A DNA stretch of 64,000 nt, taken from positions 28,458,001 to 28,522,000 of the forward strand of contig NC_082710.1 in assembly GCF_030144855.1 (NCBI RefSeq), read 5' to 3'. This document shows positions 1-12,092 of the stretch, piece after piece; the first letter of the stretch is position 1, and the number at the start of each line of letters is the position of its first letter. The translations under genes and the position numbers were made by a program. The DNA comes from Hypanus sabinus (Eukaryota). Under the pieces are notes generated by a model that saw only the letters and a program-made list of their open reading frames with translations, searched no databases and was not told the origin of the DNA.

Positions 1-1629
1 TAATATACCCCAATGAATGCCAGTTAACGGTATTGTGCAATTATTTTATGCAATGCTAGCAAATGGAAGAATTTGATTCTGATCTTACACTGAACATAAT
101 GACTATATGTATAATTTCAAAGCCAAATGAATTTTTGACAATAATCTTGCAGAGTAGGAGAGATTTTTTTCATGATTTCATGCTCCCAGCATGGAGCTCC
201 ACCCACGTGGAACACCATCAGGAAATCAGAGTATTTCTGAGCTCATTACCTACATCTTGGGGAGCAATCAAGGCTCCACACCAGAAGTGCATGCATAAAA
301 TTATCCCAACAGACCAAGATTATTAAAGCATTCCAAACACTTTAATGATTATGATGGTCTGCGCACCGACAAAACAGCGATGGGATTCTCTGTGGATTGG
401 TAGCATGTAACAGGAGGCAAAGCGTGGGTGTGAACTGTATGAATATCTTATTAAGAAACCTTTGGGGAATGGAATATATTGCTTGTGAGAATATTCTGTT
501 CTGGTGAAAGAGTAACTTTGATACAGCAAAAGATTGTTACTTGTTTCACCATGTTTGTTGTTTTGTAATTGAAAATGGATAAAGCAAGTAGTTTTCAGAA
601 ATTCCCAAAATAAATAACCATAAAGGGAAATTTCAGAATGAATGATATCAGTAGAGTAAAATCTATTTCCAACATTTATCTGCTATCTTTTCAGAATTTC
701 ACTTCTTTAACTTCCAAAATGTTAAGTTTAATCATTTGATTATTATCCAGTGAAACAAAACCTTTTTTATGTTTCCTCACAAGAAAACTTCTGCCAGCTG
801 TTTCTGGTGAACTTTGGGTAGACTGGAAATTTTCAGCTACATTCCAATGCAGTCTTTAAAGCAACACTTAGGATTTATAGGAGCTGTTTGGAGGCAAGCA
901 AATTGAAATAAAAGCCACATTAAACATTGAACATGTGAATTTGCCAGGGAGCAACCAAGTTTCTTTGGATTCTACATAGCAAAAAAGAGTACGTCCAAAT
1001 ATATAATTTTTAATTTATAATATTTGGCACATTTAAAAATGTTTGCAATGAAATATCTATAGTGAAATAAACTATGTCCCAAGAGCTTATAGAGTGGTTC
1101 ACTAAACTATTTTAAAAGCTGTTAAGTGTCATTCCATTGATTCTTGTTGCCTTCATGTATGTAACTTCTGCTCGTGTTCTCTCAAGTCCCTAATTCTACA
1201 CTGTGCATCGCGGGATATACACTAATAAAAGCTAAACTGTTGACCTTAATGATTTTGGGCCCTTTCTTCCATTCATGTACGAGGTATGAAGGCACCTCTT
1301 TGGAAGCAACAAATTCCCTTATTTTAATCTCCATTTTACAATTAATTTTCTACTCACTGGATGCCTGGCTGGGACTCAGGTGATAAAATCTTCCTCATTT
1401 AGAGGGTTATGGCTCAGTAACACTGGAATAGTAAACAAGGCACTGATGGCATTGCAACAGTGGGGAGGACTGTGAGTACCACAGTATCAGTTAGATTGTC
1501 TTTTTGCCTTCAAGCCAAAAGGTGACCTAACAATGATAGGTTTGGGAGCAGTCAGAAAGACAGTGCCAATGGGATAGATCAGCTTTGAAGAACACATCAA
1601 TGCACTCCTGCTCTTTGTAGTCATGCAAA

Positions 1630-2180
1630 TAGAATCCGTGGCCCTCTTATTAGGTACAGGAATGGAACCCAGTGTGGTTGTCTGCTGTTATATAATCCAC
1701 CCACTTTAAGATTTGACATGTTGTGCATTCAGACACACATTTCTGCACACCGCTGCTGTAACGCATAGTTATTTGAGTTACTGTAACTTTCTTGTCAGCT
1801 TGAACCAGTCAGGACTTTCTCCTCTGACCTCTCTCATTAACAAGGTGTTTTCGGCCACCGAGCTGCTGCCCCCTGGATGTTTCTTGTTTACACACTATTC
1901 TGTGTGAACTGTAGAGATTTTTGATTGTGAAAATCTTAGAAGATCTGCATTTCCTGTGATACTCAAACCACCCGCCTGGCACCATCACTCATTCTGTGGT
2001 CAAAGGTACTTAGATCGCATTTCTTCCCCATTCTGATGTTTGCTCTGTGCAACAACTGAACCTCTTGACCATGTCTATGTGCTTCTTTGCATTGATTTGC
2101 TGTCACATGACTGGCTGATTAGATCTTTGCATTAACAGGCTGGTGTAGAATTGTAACTAATAAAGTAGCTATTGAGTGTA
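1630..2180 (-). mobile_element. Non-autonomous Tc1-like DNA transposon (internal deletion derivative, ~550 bp)
   Basis: Degenerate TIRs at both ends (TAGAATCCGTGGCCCTCTTATTAGGTACA; AACTAATAAAGTAGCTATTGAGTGTA). Minus strand from ATG at 2031 reads MGKKCDLSTFDHRMSDGARR/GGLSITGNADLLRFS, a Tc1 transposase HTH N-terminus. Related copies at 28783 and 62532. Confidence 0.8.
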
Positions 2181-2334
2181 TGTTCCAGAAGGCTATTTAC
2201 TCCTCCCAAAGATGCTATAAACAATTCTAAATCACGTATGGTTTGGGACCATTTTGACCAAGGAGCCGTGGCAAAATGATTGTCAAAAGTGGTTCACTGG
2301 CTGCAATATAGGTTCAAAAGAAACTCAATATGGT

Positions 2335-2450
2335 GGAAATCTGAAATAATAATTGAAATGTGAGGGAAAAACTCAGCACGTCAGGCAGCATCTACAGAGA
2401 GAGAGAAACAGTGATGACGTTTCAGTTCAATGATCTTTCACTGGAACTAA
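2335..2450 (-). repeat. Old Penelope-like element (PLE) terminus
   Basis: ACTCAGCACGTCAGGCAGCATCTACAGAGA...GACGTTTC matches the repeat at 6045 and 16225; GAAACGTC is retained on the minus strand at 2416-2423. Confidence 0.65.
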
Positions 2451-3491
2451 GAGTACCTAAAGAAGATTTTATGTGGCAAAAAAAGGAAGGGAAGGAAAGA
2501 GGAGAATGTATTGGAAGGCAAAAGATAAGAGCAGTTAACTTATGGAAGATGTGTTGGTGAAAGTCAAAAGATATTGATGAAAGGGAGTAGAAAGAGAGTC
2601 AGCAATTCAGAACAAGCATCTCAAATTACCAGGGAGGTTGAGTGAATGCTGGCAGTCTGAAATGCTGATTATTTAAAAATCTTGAACATTTTCTTGAGTT
2701 TGTATTGCTATACTGTGGCTAGTTGAGAAATAAGTTGATCTTGAGCTTACATAGAGCTTTACTGGATTAAGTAAGGAATTGGAATAGGAATGAGACAAAG
2801 CAGGTGACTGATTGCATAAATTATATATTTTCCATAAAGCAGTCAATCTAATCTTTGGATCTAGTCTCCTGTGTAGTGGAAACCACAGCATGAACAGTGA
2901 ATGTAATAAACTAGATTGAAAAATGTACAACCAAATCACTACCACACAAGGTAAGAATATCTAGAAGAAGAAGACAGAAAGGTAGCCATGCTGTGAATGC
3001 ACAGGGTAGGTGCCATGGGAGTGTGCAATGGTGAAAGGTTATGAAAGGCAGGAATCTTAACAATCCAAAACAAAGTTGGTTAACAGCCCTTGCCCAGGGG
3101 AAGGAGAATGAATTTATTTGAAACCCATATTGAGGGACAGAGATTTTAATGGGCTTAGGAATAAAACCTCCAGCTTTGCAACACTGTTCACAATTTTAAG
3201 CAATTTATTCAGGAAATTATTCTTTTTTATGAATAAACTCTTCTCAGGCTTCCATCTGGGTACAGGTATCAATTTTAATCAACGTTTCAATGACAAACTC
3301 TGCCATCTTCATCATGAATGATGGCTGGGCATGCCTAGTCTGGTGATATTTATACCCCCTTTGTCTGTCCCTCCTGATTGGTTAGTGCTCATCCAATTAA
3401 GTTTCCATTGTCCCAACTTATTTTCAATCGAATTCCAGTTCTTACTTAGAGCAAGACCTTCGTCTTTGTTAAAATTCTTTTCCTTTAGTTT

Positions 3492-3686
3492 TAGAAACAT
3501 AGAAAACCTACGGCACAATAGAAGCCCTTTGGCCCGCAAAGCTGTGCCATACATGTCCTTACCTTAGAAATTACCTAGGGTTACCCATTACCCTCTTTTT
3601 CATTACCCATTTTTCTGAGCTCTATGTACCTGTCCAGGAGTCTCTTAAAAGACCCTATCGTACCCACCTCCAACACCGTCAACAGC
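3492..3686 (-). mobile_element. CR1 LINE 3' end fragment
   Basis: AGAAACATAGAAAA tail, and reverse-complement similarity to the 3' end of the CR1 at 59385-62530. Confidence 0.85.
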
Positions 3687-3729
3687 ATTTTATTTCAATG
3701 GCTTCCTTCTCTTTTAAACTGGAGAGGCT

Positions 3730-4140
3730 AGAAATCTGAAACAAAACAGAACATGCTGGCATCACTCATCAAATCAAATAACAACTGCGGAAAGGGAAAT
3801 ATAATTATTGTTTCAGGTTTAAAGACTACTTATCAAAAATGGGAGAGAAAAGAAGTTGGTTTTAAGTTGCAGAGAAAGTTGGGAGGAATTGACAAGGCGA
3901 AAGGAATATCTGTGCTGGGAAAGCCAAGTCAAAACAGGTTGATGGAGAAAGGTTACATTTCTTTACTTGTGCTATATATTAGTAACAGCAGAGCAATCAG
4001 ACATCTGGCATATCCCAGAAAGAGAGCTAGAAGTAAAGAGTCAACATCATGAATGAAATTGGAGAATTCTGTATTGAGTCTAGACAGCTGCAGTGTGGCC
4101 AAGTAGAAAGCGAGATACTATTTTTGAAGCTTTTTGTAAT
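3730..4140 (-). mobile_element. Very old Penelope-like fragment (terminus plus GIY-YIG C-terminal remnant)
   Basis: Degenerate terminus at 3730-3840; 4060-4130 resembles the reverse complement of the PLE endonuclease C-terminal region seen at 9720-9835. Confidence 0.45.
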
Positions 4141-4821
4141 AGTCTAGGAGACTGAAGCAGATATGAGAAATGGACAAGCAGTCTCCTTTATCATTTTGCA
4201 GTCTTAGTGGACTTTGTAAGTTATGAACCCATGGCAGTTGTGGCTAACAGGATTTTCAAATGTTTGTAGCCCAATTTTTAAAGAAAGAGATCGCCAGGAG
4301 TGGAGGACAGATTGAGATTTACCAGGTTCCAAATGATCAAGAGCTTACCTTTTCCCAGCAGTCTAGATGAACAATAGGAGGTCCAGTTAATTTTTACACC
4401 TTTAACACAAATACCAGATTGTACCTTGGGCTAGCAAAGGATTCTTCTCTTCAACAAGAGAATATATGTTTAGTCATTTCCTCAGTATCAGAATCGAAGT
4501 AAATAGATGGTTCCACTTAATAAAACTGATAGATGAATAGATTTACAGTGAATCATAAACTCCCTACACTTTAATATCCTCCTTAATAGGTAAATAATGA
4601 AGATCTACTCTCATCATTTGTTTTGAAAGAGAAGGCCTTATTTACTGCTACCAATTCAAATTGTATATTTCCCTGCTGGGAACAGATTTTGTTTTCAGTT
4701 AAAAAAAAAGATTAAAACTGACACGCTGGTAAAGCATTCTTTCAATAGAAATGGAAAAATGGAATCCGTCCGTATTTTTAACATATTAAGAATGGTTTTC
4801 TTTCCTTCAATATCACATACA

Positions 4822-5375
4822 CAGAATCAGATTCAGGTTTAATATCACCGGCATGTTATGAATAGTGTTAACTTTGCAGAAGTACAATGCAATATATGAA
4901 ATAGAGAAAAAAAATGATTTTGAGTGTGAATATATATAATAATTAAATTAAATAAATAGTGCAAAAATGTATGAGATAGTGTTCATGGTTTTAATATTTA
5001 TTCTGAGATCAGATGGCGGAGTGGAGAAGCTGTTCCTGAGTCATTGAGTGAGTGCCTTTAGGTTTCTGTACCACCTTCCTGATGGTGATAGTGAGAAAAG
5101 GGCACATCCTGGGTGATGGAGTCTTTAATGATGGACACTTTGTCTTTTTGAGGCACCATTCCTTGCAGATGTTCTGGATACTGTAAAGGCTGGTGCCCGT
5201 GATGGAGCTGACTAATTTTACAACTCCCTGCTGCTTACTTTGATCCTGAGCGTTATACCCCTCTGCCCACCCCCCCCCCATACCAGCCAGTTAGAATGCT
5301 TCCCACAGTGCATCCGCAGAAATTTGTGCAGTTTTGGTGATACATCAAATCTCCTCAAACTGCTAATGAAATATT
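4822..5375 (-). mobile_element. Rex1/Babar-like LINE 3' fragment
   Basis: CAGAATCAGATTCAGGTTTAAT tail; reverse complement of the 25550-25937 and 27552-28067 copies. Confidence 0.85.
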
Positions 5376-6044
5376 TATATCAGCAATGTATATTTATATC
5401 AATTGTGTGCTTTTTCTTGTGTTCTTTATATATATTATGTTTTTTTTAATATTCCATCAGATCTGGAGAAACAGTCGTTTCATTCTCCTTTACACTCATG
5501 CACAGACGAATGACAATAAGTAATCTTGAATCTTGAATAGAGAACTTGAGCATTATTATAACACAATCATTATCCATTCAACACCATTTACCTTTGAAAC
5601 CTCATTGTCCTTGCATTTGAATTTCATTTCATGTAAGACATACATTAGCAAGCCTGTGTTGACCCTGTGCTCATGAAAATTCACTTCTGAAATACCACAC
5701 ACAAGATTTCAAAATCTCAAATGTACTTTTATCAATAAAATATCTAATCAAAAACTCATTATAGATAAAATGCAACATAAATTAACTAATTACATTTTGG
5801 AAACAGGTCATTTAGTTCATCTAATTGTAATGATGTTGATCATTCACAAAGCTGTAGCTCTAGTCCCAAGTACGGTGTCAATGATTTTGGAAATAGTATA
5901 ACAGAAAATGTTGGAAATACTCAGTAGATTGGGCAGTATTGTTGGAGAGAAAAACAAATCATTCCAAATCCATTGTCTAGAAATTGGATTTCATTGGTAA
6001 ATGTTGAACTTAATTGGAGATCATTTCTGGGTCAACAAATCATA

Positions 6045-6176
6045 AACACGAGATTCTGCAGATGCTGGAAATTTTGAGCAAGTCACACAGAATGCTAAAG
6101 AAACTCGTCAAGTCAGTCGGCATTTATGGAGGGGTTTAAACAGTCAACATTTCAGGCTCAGACCCTTCATCAGGAC
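6045..6176 (-). repeat. Penelope-like terminus with hammerhead ribozyme motif
   Basis: Minus strand of 6141-6176 reads GTC CTGATGA AGG GTCTGAG CCT GAAA T GTT GACTG. Confidence 0.75.
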
Positions 6177-6319
6177 ATCTTGTCTGTATTTCTAGATCAA
6201 TTTACCCAGGCACTCCTAAGCTTTGCTTGGCATAACTTAAAAAGGAAAGGAGCATATTTCTAGCCAGGTACTGGATTTAGTAATAGAGCATAAAGAAACA
6301 TAAAATAGGAGTGAGACAA

Positions 6320-6600
6320 CATGAATTTACAAAAGGTAAGGCAAGTTTGTCCATTGAAGTTTTGTGAGGGTATGTCTAGATAAAAGGGTACCAATGGATG
6401 TGATGCATTTACATTTTCAGAAAGCTTTTATTAAGGAGAAATAAATGAGATTGTTCAACAAGAGTAGAGCATATGGAATTGGTGGATGGAATGAGAATTA
6501 GCTAATGCTAGAAAACAATAGTGGGAATAAGTAGATCTTTCTCAGGTTGAGTATCTGCCAATAGTGGGTAGCGTGGGGATAGTTTGTTGAGGACCCGGAC
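6320..6600 (+). mobile_element. Old CR1 RT fragment
   Basis: ATGGATGTGATGCATTTACATTTTCAGAAAGCTTTT translates MDVMHLHFQKAF, compared with [12 protein letters not shown] in the CR1 near 57060. Confidence 0.7.
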
Positions 6601-6629
6601 TGATGGAGAGTTCTTTAAAATATTGAGTC

Positions 6630-7128
6630 ACAGCAAGGCAAAAACCTACAAAAAGTGATGGATACAGCCCAGCCTATCACAGAAAATGCCTTCCCTACTA
6701 TTGTGTGCAACTACAAGAAGAGCTGTCATAAGAATGCAGCATCCATCATCAAGAATCCCACCATCCAGGCCATACTCTTTTCTCACTGGTACCAATGCAA
6801 AGGAGCTGTAGGAGCCTTAGGCTACCTGAACCAGTGTGGGTAACTTCACTCACCTCCAGACTAAACTGATCACTGACCATAACCTGTATATTTCCTTTCA
6901 AGGACTCTACAAATCATGTTCTCACTATTATTTATTTAGTTAACAGTCTATATTCATTTATTTTTGTGCCATGTTTACAGTTTGTCTTCATTTACATATC
7001 AGTTGCTTGTCAGTCTTTGTGTTTAGTTTTCCAGTGGTTCTATTGTATTTCTTTGTTTTTCTGTGAATGCCTACAAGAAAATGAAATATAGAGACATTTG
7101 CGTATTTTGATAATAAATTGAACTTTGA
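6630..7128 (+). mobile_element. Rex1/Babar-like LINE 3' fragment
   Basis: ORF 6655-6843 (DTAQPIT..FPTI..AASIIKNP) matches the other Rex1-like C-termini in the window; ends with AATAAA and a TTGA-type tail. Confidence 0.8.
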
Positions 7129-7589
7129 TGTTATAAGTCCTATGCAGAGAGCTGAGAGGAATTTCGATGTTTGCTTTGGTGTGCAGATTCATCAGCCATT
7201 GCATTTTCAAGTTTTTCTTTTATTTTAGTGTATTTCTCAGTTGATCTGAGTGGGCATTGGTGCTACAAGCATTCCATATTCAATGAACAAGTGTCGATTA
7301 ACTCTTAGTTCAGGGCAAGTAATTTTATTTTAATCAAAAATATAAAAAACTTTTGAAGAAGTTATTGAGTTGAAATGACTGCCACAAATGAAAAGGAGAC
7401 AAGGAAGAATAAATTAAAATGAAGTACTGTGTAGAATGTCAGACTGGAAAAATTAATTAAACAATATAAAGAAATGCTGGCACAAGGCAAAAGAGATGCT
7501 TTAATAGTGAGGAAACAAATTTTTAAAAAGACAGCAATGCAACATACATACTGTTCAATCAATTTGAAAACGGATCTCAAGAGAGTGAG

Positions 7590-9610
7590 TTTGTTGAAAA
7601 CCTATGAGGTGGCTTCTTAGAGCAGATTGTCGTTGAGCCTACTAGGGGATCAGCAATACTGGATTGGGTGTTATGTAATCAACTGGAGGCGATTAGGGAG
7701 CTTAAGGTAAAAGAACCTTTAGGAGACAGTGATCACAGTATGATTGGGTTCAACTTGAAATTTGATAGGGAGGAAGTAAAATCTGACATAGCAGTATCTC
7801 AGTGGAGTAAAGCAAATTACAGTGGTATGAGGGAGGAGCGGATATAGGACCGCTAGCAAATGACGCTGGAGAAATATTAATGGGGGATAAGGAGATGGCA
7901 GATGAACTAAATGAGTATTTTGCATCAGTCCTCACTGTGGAAGACACTAGCTGTGTGCCAGATGTTGAAGGGTGTGAGGGAAGAGAAGCGAGTGCAGTTA
8001 CTATTACAAAGGAGAAGGTGTTTAAAAAAACCTAAAGGTACATAAGTCACCTGGACCAGATGACCTGCACCCCAGGGTTCTGAAAGAGGTAGTGGTAGAG
8101 ATTGTGCAGGCATTAGTAATGATGTTTCAAAAATCATTGGACGCTGGCATGGTGCCAGAGGAGTAGAAAATTGCAAATGTCACTTCACTCTTTAAAAAAG
8201 GAGGAATGCAGAAGAAAGGAAATTATAGACTCGTTAGCCTGACCTCAGTGGTTGGGAAGATGTTGGAGTCGATTATTAAGGATGAAGTTATGGAATACTT
8301 GGTGACACAGGACAAGATAGGACAAAGTCAGCATGGTTTCCTTAAGGGAAAATCTTGCCTGATCAACCTGTTGGAATTCTTTGAAGAGATTATAAGCAGG
8401 ATAAGTAACATGAATGCAGTAAATGTTGTATACTTGGAATTTCACAAGGCCTTTGACAAGGTGCCACACATGAGGCTGCTTCGCAAGTTAAGAACTCATG
8501 GTATTACAGGAAAGTTATTGGCATGGTTAGAGCATTGGCTGATTGGTAGAAGGCATGGGGTGGGAACAAAAGGATCCTTTTCTGGTTGGCTGCCAGTAGT
8601 TAGTGGTGTTCAGTAGGGGTCAGTTTGGGGACCATTTCACTTTATACTGTATATAAATCACTTAGTAATGGAATAGATAGCTTTGTGACAAGTTTGCAGA
8701 TGATATGAAGATTGGTAGAGAGGTAGGTAGTGCTGAGAAAACAAAAGACGACAGAAGGACTTAGGCAGATGAGGAGAATGAACAAGGGAGTGGCAAATGA
8801 AATACAATGTTGGAAAATGCATGGTCATGCACTTAGGTAGAAGAAATAAATGAGCAGACTATTTTCTAAATTGGTAGAAATTCCAAAAATCTGAGATATA
8901 AAGGGACTTGGGGTTTCTTGTGCAGAACACCCTAAAGGTTAACTTGCAGGTTGAGTCAGTGGTGAAGAAGACAAATGCAATATTAGCATTTGTTTCAAGA
9001 GGTTTAGACTTTAAGAGCAGTGATGTGATACTGAGAGTTTATAAGGCACTGATGAGGCCTCACAGTTAAAACAGTTTTTGTCTCCTCATCTGAGAAAAGG
9101 TGTGCTGGCATTGGAGAAGGTTCAGAGGAGGTTCACAAGGATGATTATGAGAGAGAAGGAGTTATCATACAAGGAATGCTTGAGAGTTCTGTGTCTGTAT
9201 TCACTGGAATTTAGAAGGATGAAGGGGATCTCATTGAAACCTTTTGAATGTTGAAAGACCCAGACAGAGTAGATGTGGAAAGGATGTTTCCCATGGTGGG
9301 AGAATCTAGGACAAGAGGTCACAGCCTCTGGATAGAGGGGAGTCCATTTAAAATAGAGATGTAGAGAAATATCTTTAGCCTGAGGGTGGTGAATTTGTGG
9401 AATTTATTACCACAGGCAGCTGTGGAGGCCATGTTGTTACATATATTTAAGAAGGAGCTTGATAGATTCTTAATTGGACATGGCATCAAAGGTTACAAGG
9501 AGAAGGCTGGGGAGTGGGGTGAGGAGGGGGAAAAACATGATTGAATGGCAGAGCAGTGTCGATGGGCCAAATGGCCTAATTCTGCTCCTATGACTTACAG
9601 TCTTAAGGTC
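7590..9610 (+). mobile_element. CR1 LINE, 5'-truncated, internally deleted ORF2 pseudogene
   Basis: ORF 8206-8616 has RT motifs NYRLVSLTSVVGK, QHGFLKGKSCL and [10 protein letters not shown]. An EN remnant near 7600 jumps to the linker near 7840. 3' UTR and tail at ~9540-9610. Confidence 0.95.
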
Positions 9611-9694
9611 ACATTATCCTCATTCCAAATTCCATTATCTCCATTTTTATTTCAAGATACCATCTCTTTTTTAAAACCTTTGCTTCTTCTGTTC

Positions 9695-10200
9695 CTATTC
9701 CCATTCCCATTCTGATATGTCAGCCCATGGAATCTTCTTTTGTCATGACGAGGCCTCTTTCAGGGTGGAGTTTTAACCCCTCATTTTCCCTCAGGTTTGT
9801 CTCTAACCTGATAGCATGAACATCGATATTTCCAGTTTTTTTCCCCTCCATCTTCCCTCTTCTTCTACACCCACTGTGGCCTCTTCCATCTTCTCCTCAC
9901 CTGCCTATCAGCTCCCCTGGTTCCCTCCTTCTTCCCTTTCTTCCATGGACCACTCTGCTCTCCTATCAGATTCGTTCTTCTCTAGCCCTTTACATTTCCC
10001 AGCCACTTAGTTTCATCTATCACCTACTAGCTAGTCCTCCTTCCCCCACCCCCCCCCACCTTTTTACTTTGGCATCTTCTCCCTTCCTTTCCAGTCTTGG
10101 CCCAAATTGTCGACTGTTCATTCATTTCCATAGATACCACCTGACCTCCAGCATTTTGTTTGTTTTGCTCTGGAGTTCAGCATCTGCAGAATCTCCTGTG
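9695..10200 (+). mobile_element. Penelope-like element 3' fragment (GIY-YIG C-terminus, pyrimidine-rich UTR, terminus)
   Basis: CATGACGAGGCC..AGGGTGGAG and CCTGATAGCATGAACATCGATATTTCC translate HDEA..RVE and PDSMNIDIS, like the PLE endonuclease end. This is followed by a C/T-rich tract and the same terminus as at 6045 and 16225. Confidence 0.75.
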
Positions 10201-10809
10201 TTAATTCTTTACTTTATTCTACTGTACTTACTTTAGTCACATCTGGCCTTTTGTCTAATTCCACTGGATCTCCGAAACTTACAAATGCTATCACCTAGAA
10301 GGACAAAAGCTTCAGCAAGTTCTTATCCGAGTTCAATATAGTCTTCATTTGGATGTAGATTGCAATGCCTTCAATACTGATTGCTCAAATCTTGTAGTTT
10401 CCTCTTACTGCACAGCCAAAATAACTTCCCTCTTTTGACAGCAGCATTTCAAAAGGTGGCACAACTTCACTTTTCAGGGCCAACGACAGATGAGCAAAAT
10501 CTTTTCACTCTGCCTGTGACCTATTATGAATTATTACATTTATTAACAAAATCCCATTTGAAGAAACAATAATTTTCCTCTAAACCCATCATCAGTTCCT
10601 GTTTGTTCATCTTATTTCAAGTACTTTGAGATATTTTTGCAAAAGATAAACAGAAATCTTGCTTTTCTGTTAAGTGTCCTGCCTTCACATTTAAAAAAAA
10701 ATATTTGTAATCTTTGGAACAGCAATTTGGGTCCTGATGTTAATGATCTTGGTAATTTAAGGGCAGCCCTGAATTTTCATTGTTTAAGTCAATAACCTCA
10801 ACTCCCAAC

Positions 10810-11140
10810 CCACTCCATTTGTGTGAGAATGTTCCGTTTAGTATTTTCCCCTTTATCTTAAATCTATATCCTCTAGTTTTAGATATCTATATTTTAGGGA
10901 AAAAACATTGTGACCGTCTACTTTAACTACAGCCCTCATGATTTTATGTACCTCTGTAAGGGCCCCGCTCAGCCTCCAGGAAAAAGAACGTTCCTTTCTG
11001 CCCAGCCTCTCCTTATGACCGAAGCTCTCCAATTCCTGGAAAATTCCTCATCAATGTGTTTTTGCACTCTTTCCAGCTTAATGATATCCTTCCTAGAGTT
11101 GGGTGACCAGAACTGCACATTAGTGTGGTCTCACCAATGA
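10810..11140 (-). mobile_element. Old CR1 fragment
   Basis: GGGTGACCAGAACTGCAC is the reverse complement of the VQFWSP motif; flanks match the CR1 ORF2 C-terminus. Confidence 0.75.
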
Positions 11141-12092
11141 GGTATACTGAGGATGAAAATTACTGAGAATACATAGGCTTTAAGTATAAACATGATTTAG
11201 TGCTGTGGCAAAGTAAATGTTGCTGAATGTCTGTTTAATCCTGGATTCAGCAGAGCCTCATACTTCAGAATTTAATCAGTTGAAAGGTAGAAATATTTAG
11301 TTGCTCTTTTAGTTCTTCTGTTTCACTTACATTCTTCAGAGAAGGAAATCTGTCTGTGTTTCTAGGCTACCAATGTGATTGACTCTTATATCCATTCCTA
11401 AAGGCCTAGCAATTCTTCCAGTTCTTGTGCAGTTAGGAATGAAACACAAATGCTAAATCCCCAGCACCATAACAAAAACTAATCTAATTTATGTATGTGT
11501 AAATTTCCTAACAAAAACATTTCAATGTATAGTAATTTTTAAATTAATTTTAAAGCAAGTTATTAATGATATTTTTCACTTATCTTAATGAAATGGCTAT
11601 CTCCTTATTTGTTTTGCTATCTATAAAGAATTCTTTATAGTGCATCAGATCATATCACAACGATAACAGTTCGATTGATGATATCACAATTGCTGGATAT
11701 ATCAGGGATCCTACTGGATATCAGCAGAACTGCAGCGTGATATCAACAAGCTTTGGCAAAGGTTAGGACCACACACAGGACTGTTAAATATTTGTGGGGA
11801 ACTTTCTTTCAGATTGGTTGCAAGTACTGTTGTTTTGTTGTTTGTCACACTCTTGGCCATAAGAAAAGCAAATCACATTTCCAATATGTGGTGCGAATGT
11901 GCTCAGAAATCTTTACTTCATCAAACTTTTATATTGCCTCCCTCACATTAGTCCGATGTTTAATATGGTGATACTTAGAAATTGTCATCTCCATGTGAAA
12001 GGTCATTCAAAGATGATTGATGAAATAAATAGATTTAAGATATGTAAATTCCAAGACAAAGTAACATGTTTACATCTTAATATTCAGATTAT

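Noticed and set aside
63-529. ORFs 63-326 and 323-529, and an acceptor-like site at ~189
   Set aside because: No recognisable domain, no good donor, and alternative frames close quickly.
2941-2960. Donor-like AAG|GTAAGA
   Set aside because: The upstream sequence looks like decayed repeat and shows no convincing exon frame.
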